A stretch of 64,000 nt of DNA. Source: Candidatus Eiseniibacteriota bacterium. GTDB lineage: Bacteria > Joyebacterota > Joyebacteria > Joyebacterales > Joyebacteraceae. The notes beneath the pieces are model-generated. The model saw only the letters and a program-made list of their open reading frames with translations. It was not told the origin of the DNA and did not search any database. Of this stretch, positions 58,831-64,000 are shown one piece after another (position 1 is the first letter of the stretch; each line of letters starts with the position of its first letter). The stretch spans positions 1,493-65,492 of the forward strand of contig JAUXGN010000012.1 of the NCBI GenBank assembly GCA_030622115.1, in the 5' to 3' direction. The translations under genes and the position numbers were made by a program.

Positions 58831-61815
58831 CTATCGTTTCAGACGTTCTATCTCTTCTCGCACACGCTGAGCATTGCTTGCAGCCGGAGCATTGGCCAGA
58901 TAGCGCTCGAGCGCCGCAAGCCGGGCCCCGGTCTCTCCCCTGATCTCATGGATCATCGCCATGTTGAGATGCGCTTCAGAACAGTCAGGATCCTGGTCCA
59001 GGGCCGTGCAGAACTGTGCCTCCGCATCCGCTATGCGTCCAAGCTCCACAAGCTCGGCGCCCAGGAGACACCTGGGTTGAGGAAGATGCGGCGCTTCCTT
59101 CACGGCCGCTTCGAAGTAGCGCAGCGCTTCTTCGGGGCGTTGCTCCGCACGCAGAGCCGACCCGAGGCGGCACAGGAGCTTGCTTAGCGCCTCCATTGCC
59201 TCGGGCTCACCCGGACTCGCGCTCGCAGCATCGCGGTAGGTGCTCAGAGCATCTTCCTGCCTGCCCGCCTCCTCAGCCACGATACCCCGACCCAGGAAGC
59301 GTCTGGACAGCGCGCGCGACTCGATGGCCTCTACGATCCGTTCTCCCTCTTCGCCCTCGGGTATGTCCGTCAATATGGTCTCCGGGGTCGAGCGGTAGGA
59401 ATCGAGCGCGATCAGCTGCTCCGCCTTCGACTGGCGGTACATGTTCTTGGGCGCCGAAAATTCGAGTTCCAGACCGTTGTCCGTATGAATGGGCGCATCG
59501 CCCGCGTAGCTCCTCATGGCTCCGCTTCCCATTAGGAAGAGGCCCGTGTAGTCGAGAGGCGTGCGAACACCCACGGATCTCAGATCCGCCCCGACCGACT
59601 CATCTGCAAGACGCCTCGTCAGAAGCCCGTAGTCCAGCTTCATCTCGCCAACCGTTCCGACGAGCATGTAGTCAATGCCGGGATCCAGCTCCCAAACCGA
59701 GGCGTTCGCGAACACATCGCTGAAGGTCCGCACGATCATTCTGAACTCGTCGGGTGACATGTTGTACGCCTGGAACCACATCCCCACAACTCCGCCGGGA
59801 TTCATTCTGTCGCGCGCGAGAGTGAAAAACTCACGAGTGAAGAGGTTGGAGATGCCGGCAATCCATGGATTCGAGGGCTGCGAGATCATGACGTCGTATC
59901 GCCGCGCCGTGAACGCCACATGGTTCCGGCCGTCCTCGATCACGATCCTGAGACGAGGATCATCCATGCAGTGGCCGTTGGCCTCCGCGAAGAATGTCTC
60001 GGCGACTTCGATCATCGCAGGTGCAATCTCGACGCAGTCGATGGACTCGATCGGATAGCTGAGTGCCGCTCCGGCCGTGACGCCGCTGGCAAGACCGATG
60101 ACCAAGACATCACGTGGGTCCTGGTGAAGCATCATTGGCGTATGGGCGAGAAGCTTCTGCGTCCGCATGTCCGGCCCCGTGGACGCTTCCGTCTTTCCGT
60201 TCGACTGGAGGTAGATGTCGCTCCTCGCCTGCCGAACGGTCACCGTAGTGGCGACACCTTCCTTGTGGTAGAGAACTGTTCCGAAAAGGCGGATCGCATC
60301 CTCCTTGGACACGTCCCACGACCGCGCCTCATTCATGTACATGTCGGCGTAGAGATACGCACCGCTGGACATGATGACGGGATCCCACGAGGGCATTGCC
60401 GGTACGACCGCCACGAGAAGCAGAGCCGCCACACCCACTGTTACGAACTTCCGGACACGCGTCGGAGAGGCGCCTGAGAGCAGAATCGTGATCCCAAGGA
60501 TGAGGTTCACGACCACGGCGACCGCGATCGTTCGCTGAATCCCGAGCCACGGTATCAGCAGGAACCCCCCGGCGAAGGCGCCGAGGATGTTTCCAACGGT
60601 GTTCGCCGCGTACACATTGCCCACCGACCTGCCGACCGATTCCACACGCCTTGTGCAGATCCGTATCGCCGTCGGGAAAACGCCGCCCATGAGAACCGTG
60701 GGTATGAGAATGACCAGAAAGACGATGGCGAACTCAACGAACATGAGCGTCGCGAAGGAACCCTTGTTGCTCTCTACAACCGCCACCATCCAGACAGGCA
60801 GCTTCCCGAGAACGGGCACCACGAGTAGCGCCGCCGCTCCTATTCCCACCTGAAGGGTTCCGAGCGTGGAGAGAAGATGACGAGATCTGTCTACGAAGCG
60901 TGAGAAGACGGTCGTACCGATCGCCAGACCAAGAATGTAGGCCGTGAGGATCAGACTCATGGCGTAGACCGACGAGCCTATTGTGAGAGACAGCGTGCGC
61001 ATCCACGCTACCTGGTAGACCAACGCTGCGAAGCCCGAACACGCGAGAGCCGCCAGCACGAGCGCGAGCACCCAGTTCCGCGACTCCGGTTGCGTGGGCT
61101 CCGGCTGCATGCGCTCCGGCCGCGTTGGCTCCGGCTTCGCTCCGCGTTCACGGGCCTTCGGCGCGCGCCCTCCACTCTCCTCGGCCTTCTCCCGCCGGTA
61201 GCGAATAAGAACCAGCGCAGACACGACGATGTTGATGCCCGCCGCGATGAAAACGGTACCGATGATGCCGAACCTCGGCATGAGTACGAAGCCCGCTGCG
61301 AACGAGCCAATGACCGCTCCGAATGTGTTGACGGCATAGAGCCGACCGACGGTCATGCCCAGATTGTCATACTTCGTTGTGAAGTACTTCGAGAGAACGG
61401 GCAGCGTCGCACCCATCAGAGTCGTTGGAATGAGAAGCACTATGCCCGAGATGAGAAATCTGATGAGACTGAACGTGTGGAATGTTGCCTCGAATCCCTG
61501 GTATGCGGCGCGGTAGATCGGGATCGTGGCAGCAACGATGACGGGCACGAGGAGACAGAAAACGCCGATCAGACCTTCAAGTATGCCATAGACGCGAAGA
61601 GGGTCAGACCGGCGATCTATGATCTTGCCGGCGATGAAACTCCCCAGGGCCAGACCAGCCATGAAGACCGTGAGGACAGTCGTGATGGAGTAGACGGTGG
61701 CCCCCATCACGCGCTCCAGCAGGCGCGCCCAGACAACCTCATAGACAAGGCCCGACAGTCCCGAAAGGAAGAAGAACCAGAGGACGAGTGTCTTCGATCT
61801 GGACTGCGCGAGCAT
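58831..61815 (-). CDS. fused MFS-like membrane domain / spermidine synthase-like SAM domain / TPR protein
   Basis: Duplicated SG...L.YE/Q..W.R and Y..NT.G...G membrane halves; VLVIGLASG.T, VEI, DGR, SQPSNPW, LFTREF; C-terminal TPRs; ATG 61815 after GGGAG. Confidence 0.88.
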   Translation of the reverse strand: MLAQSRSKTLVLWFFFLSGLSGLVYEVVWARLLERVMGATVYSITTVLTVFMAGLALGSFIAGKIIDRRSDPLRVYGILEGLIGVFCLLVPVIVAATIPIYRAAYQGFEATFHTFSLIRFLISGIVLLIPTTLMGATLPVLSKYFTTKYDNLGMTVGRLYAVNTFGAVIGSFAAGFVLMPRFGIIGTVFIAAGINIVVSALVLIRYRREKAEESGGRAPKARERGAKPEPTRPERMQPEPTQPESRNWVLALVLAALACSGFAALVYQVAWMRTLSLTIGSSVYAMSLILTAYILGLAIGTTVFSRFVDRSRHLLSTLGTLQVGIGAAALLVVPVLGKLPVWMVAVVESNKGSFATLMFVEFAIVFLVILIPTVLMGGVFPTAIRICTRRVESVGRSVGNVYAANTVGNILGAFAGGFLLIPWLGIQRTIAVAVVVNLILGITILLSGASPTRVRKFVTVGVAALLLVAVVPAMPSWDPVIMSSGAYLYADMYMNEARSWDVSKEDAIRLFGTVLYHKEGVATTVTVRQARSDIYLQSNGKTEASTGPDMRTQKLLAHTPMMLHQDPRDVLVIGLASGVTAGAALSYPIESIDCVEIAPAMIEVAETFFAEANGHCMDDPRLRIVIEDGRNHVAFTARRYDVMISQPSNPWIAGISNLFTREFFTLARDRMNPGGVVGMWFQAYNMSPDEFRMIVRTFSDVFANASVWELDPGIDYMLVGTVGEMKLDYGLLTRRLADESVGADLRSVGVRTPLDYTGLFLMGSGAMRSYAGDAPIHTDNGLELEFSAPKNMYRQSKAEQLIALDSYRSTPETILTDIPEGEEGERIVEAIESRALSRRFLGRGIVAEEAGRQEDALSTYRDAASASPGEPEAMEALSKLLCRLGSALRAEQRPEEALRYFEAAVKEAPHLPQPRCLLGAELVELGRIADAEAQFCTALDQDPDCSEAHLNMAMIHEIRGETGARLAALERYLANAPAASNAQRVREEIERLKR

Positions 61816-61882
61816 CGGACAACTCCCGTCGTACGTAAGGACAGGGTCCGACGCCCTGTCACGCTGACAATCCACGTGTTTC

Positions 61883-61911
61883 ATCCTATAGGCCCGTCAC
61901 CTCGTAGTCAA
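61883..61911 (-). promoter_or_regulatory. sigma70 promoter of the spermidine-synthase-fusion operon
   Basis: Minus strand TTGACT (61911-61906), 17 nt, TAGGAT (61888-61883). Confidence 0.55.
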
Positions 61912-62078
61912 CACTAACAGCCCGGCAGGGAGTTCCTCCTTCCGGATGGCGCCGGCTTCGCGGGGTACATGTGGCCGCGGAACGTACAAGAGGCTCGAGG
62001 ATGACCCTCGAGCCCCTGCACTGAATCAGGATGCGCGCTCCCTGATGCCTCCGCCGCACGTGGCGGCTGAACTCCAGC

Positions 62079-64000
62079 CTACCGCAGCAGAACCATCTTC
62101 CTCTCCAGCTCCAGGCCGTCCGCCCGAAGGCTGTAGAAATAGACGCCTGATGCGAGTTCGGAGCCGTCATCGCTTCTGCCGTCCCAGATGGCCTCATACC
62201 TATCCGGGCCGAGATCAACGTTCACCAGCCGTCTCACGCGCCTCCCGTTCACGTCGAAGATGTCGATGATGACCCTCGATGCCGCAGGGATCTCGTAGGT
62301 GATGCGCGTAATGGGGTTGAACGGATTGGGCGCATTCTGGAAGAGAGCGAGCTGATCGGGCGCCGGCCAATCCGGAACGTCCGAGTCGGTGGTGGTTGAG
62401 AAATCACCATCCGAATCGTCGTATGATGCCAGCCCGGCTCCGTCGCGCGCGATCACGCGAATGCGTGTCGTCTCGCTGGAGCTGTCCGGAACCGACCACA
62501 TGAACGATCCGTCGTTCGTCTCTCCCTCGGCCACAGTATCCGGGAAGCTGACGCCGCTGTCCCAGGATCGCAGGATGTCGATCGAAGTGACCCCGACATT
62601 GTCGGAAGCCGTCCATACGATCTCGTATTCCTCGCCTCCCGAGAACTCCTCTGCACCGTTCGGCGACAGCAACTGCACGATCGGCTGCTCGGCGTCCGGC
62701 CAGTCGGTGACAAGCCACTCGAGCGTTCTGCGCACGATCGTGTCCCTGACCGCCGAACCCGTCACGCCTTCGACGCCGAATGCATAGTAGACGAGATTGT
62801 GCGTCGAGGTGTGCCGGATGGCGCCCTCGAGACTAGGCGAATACTCAAAGATGCCGGTCGACCCGGACCGCGGTTCTATCTCACTCGGGTAGAACTGGTT
62901 CATCGCCGAGTCCTCGCCGTCAAGCGTAAACGAGAGACCGTCCCCGATCGGGTCGCCGGAGATGCCGTCCAGGCTTCGATAGCCCGAATCGTCGGCAATG
63001 TAGTCCGCGTGCAGATAGTCATGGAGGAAGTCGACGTTCCCGTAGTAGTCGAGGGACCAGCCGATGTCCTCGCCGGAGATCATGAGTGGACGCCCCTCGT
63101 CCAGATAGGTCGCCAGCGCAGTCCTGTTGTCCTCACTCAGGTTCCCGCCCCAACCGTTGTTCCAGAGGACGACCGGATAGCGCCGCATCTCATCGATAGA
63201 GACAGGACCATCCGATTCCTCGCACCAGAGCCTGTACCCGTACCCGTTGTTCTCAAGCGCGCTCCGGAAGTAGCTCTCGGTGCTCGTTCCTCCGTCGTCG
63301 TCAACGAGCAGGACACCGATTGGACCCAGGACGATGCTGAACGTCTCGTTCTGCGTGTACGTCATGTCGGCCGTTATCTCGAGAGTGAACTCCACCTCTA
63401 CACCTACGGGCGCGAATTCATCCACGACGATCTCGAATGCCGGCGAGCCTGTTGCGGAATCACCGGTGTTGAGGTCCCCGTAGAACGAGGAACTCTGCGT
63501 CACCTGCGCGTAGCCGCTCGTTGTAGACATGGTAGCGGACACACCGGTCCTGTTCGACGCCGTCACACCATTCTTGAGCGACACGTCCATCGAAACGGTC
63601 TCCCCGGGGTCGGGGCGGCCATCATCATCACCGGACGAATCGTCGAAGTCGTGACCGTTGTAGGTCACCTGTGAACCATCGTAGTAGTAGAGGAGCTGCG
63701 TACCGCTTCCGAAATTGCAGCTCCCGTACTTCATCCAGAAATACCCGTCCTCACCGAAGCCCTCACCCCAGCTGTTCTTCGCAAGCCAAGCTCCGTCGCC
63801 ACTGCACGCGGCGTCGTCCCACCCGATTATCAGAACGGCGTGGTCGATTGGATCGTCCCCCTCGTGCTCGTAGCAGCCTCCGCCGTAGGAGTGGAAATCA
63901 TCGTAAACCGTGAAGGTCGTGATACACGGAGCGATCGAGACCGCAGTCTTGATCGCGTCGACAGTGTTTGGAATATCCACCCACTCGTCTGCCGCCGCAT
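62079..64000 (-). CDS. C1 (papain-like) cysteine peptidase with C-terminal FlgD-Ig/T9SS-like domain; 5' end outside window
   Basis: DHAVLIIGW and KNSWG papain motifs; [11 protein letters not shown]...WDGR...ASGVYF...KMVLLR; reading frame runs to the window edge. Confidence 0.88.
   Translation of the reverse strand, partial: AAADEWVDIPNTVDAIKTAVSIAPCITTFTVYDDFHSYGGGCYEHEGDDPIDHAVLIIGWDDAACSGDGAWLAKNSWGEGFGEDGYFWMKYGSCNFGSGTQLLYYYDGSQVTYNGHDFDDSSGDDDGRPDPGETVSMDVSLKNGVTASNRTGVSATMSTTSGYAQVTQSSSFYGDLNTGDSATGSPAFEIVVDEFAPVGVEVEFTLEITADMTYTQNETFSIVLGPIGVLLVDDDGGTSTESYFRSALENNGYGYRLWCEESDGPVSIDEMRRYPVVLWNNGWGGNLSEDNRTALATYLDEGRPLMISGEDIGWSLDYYGNVDFLHDYLHADYIADDSGYRSLDGISGDPIGDGLSFTLDGEDSAMNQFYPSEIEPRSGSTGIFEYSPSLEGAIRHTSTHNLVYYAFGVEGVTGSAVRDTIVRRTLEWLVTDWPDAEQPIVQLLSPNGAEEFSGGEEYEIVWTASDNVGVTSIDILRSWDSGVSFPDTVAEGETNDGSFMWSVPDSSSETTRIRVIARDGAGLASYDDSDGDFSTTTDSDVPDWPAPDQLALFQNAPNPFNPITRITYEIPAASRVIIDIFDVNGRRVRRLVNVDLGPDRYEAIWDGRSDDGSELASGVYFYSLRADGLELERKMVLLR

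Noticed and set aside
54-62081. Stop-codon reassignment (TAG/TGA read-through, selenocysteine, pyrrolysine)
   Set aside because: Conserved proteins end at their expected C-termini and none is interrupted by an in-frame stop.

Overview
GC-rich bacterial chromosomal window with 42 supportable protein-coding genes and 2 tRNAs. No CRISPR array, transposase, integrase or phage gene is visible. The gene content (gingipain-type C25 and papain-type C1 proteases with FlgD-Ig/T9SS-like C-terminal domains, TolC, DUF5916) suggests a diderm FCB-related lineage such as Eisenbacteria/Krumholzibacteriota/Latescibacterota; this is inference, not a marker-gene placement. Left part: LysM-M23 peptidase, HD protein, recG, rpmB, an anti-sigma/STAS pair, a large PAS/GAF hybrid histidine kinase and a C25 protease. 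Centre: a minus-strand dcw cluster (mraZ-[STAS]-rsmH-ftsL-ftsI-murE-murF-mraY-murD-ftsW-murG-murC-murB-ftsQ-ftsA-ftsZ, no ddl) followed by a TPR/radical SAM pair. Right part: a 1.6k-aa C25/FG-GAP protein, tRNA-Ala and tRNA-Leu, YIP1 and PDZ proteins, a TolC-MFP-RND efflux operon running into rsgA and a GlmU-like gene, DUF5916, suhB, an M16 peptidase, a PAP2/GT-C-like/MFS-spermidine-synthase-TPR trio and a truncated C1 protease. The best leads are: (i) a STAS protein lacking the phosphoacceptor Ser, embedded between mraZ and rsmH; (ii) a ~130-nt strand-specific RNA rod in the long leader of the giant C25 gene, plus a motif shared by both C25 leaders; (iii) three secreted proteases with a common C-terminal sorting-like domain; (iv) the TPR-radical SAM pair after ftsZ; (v) a probable ATA start for recG. 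All family calls come from motifs read by eye; no searches were run.
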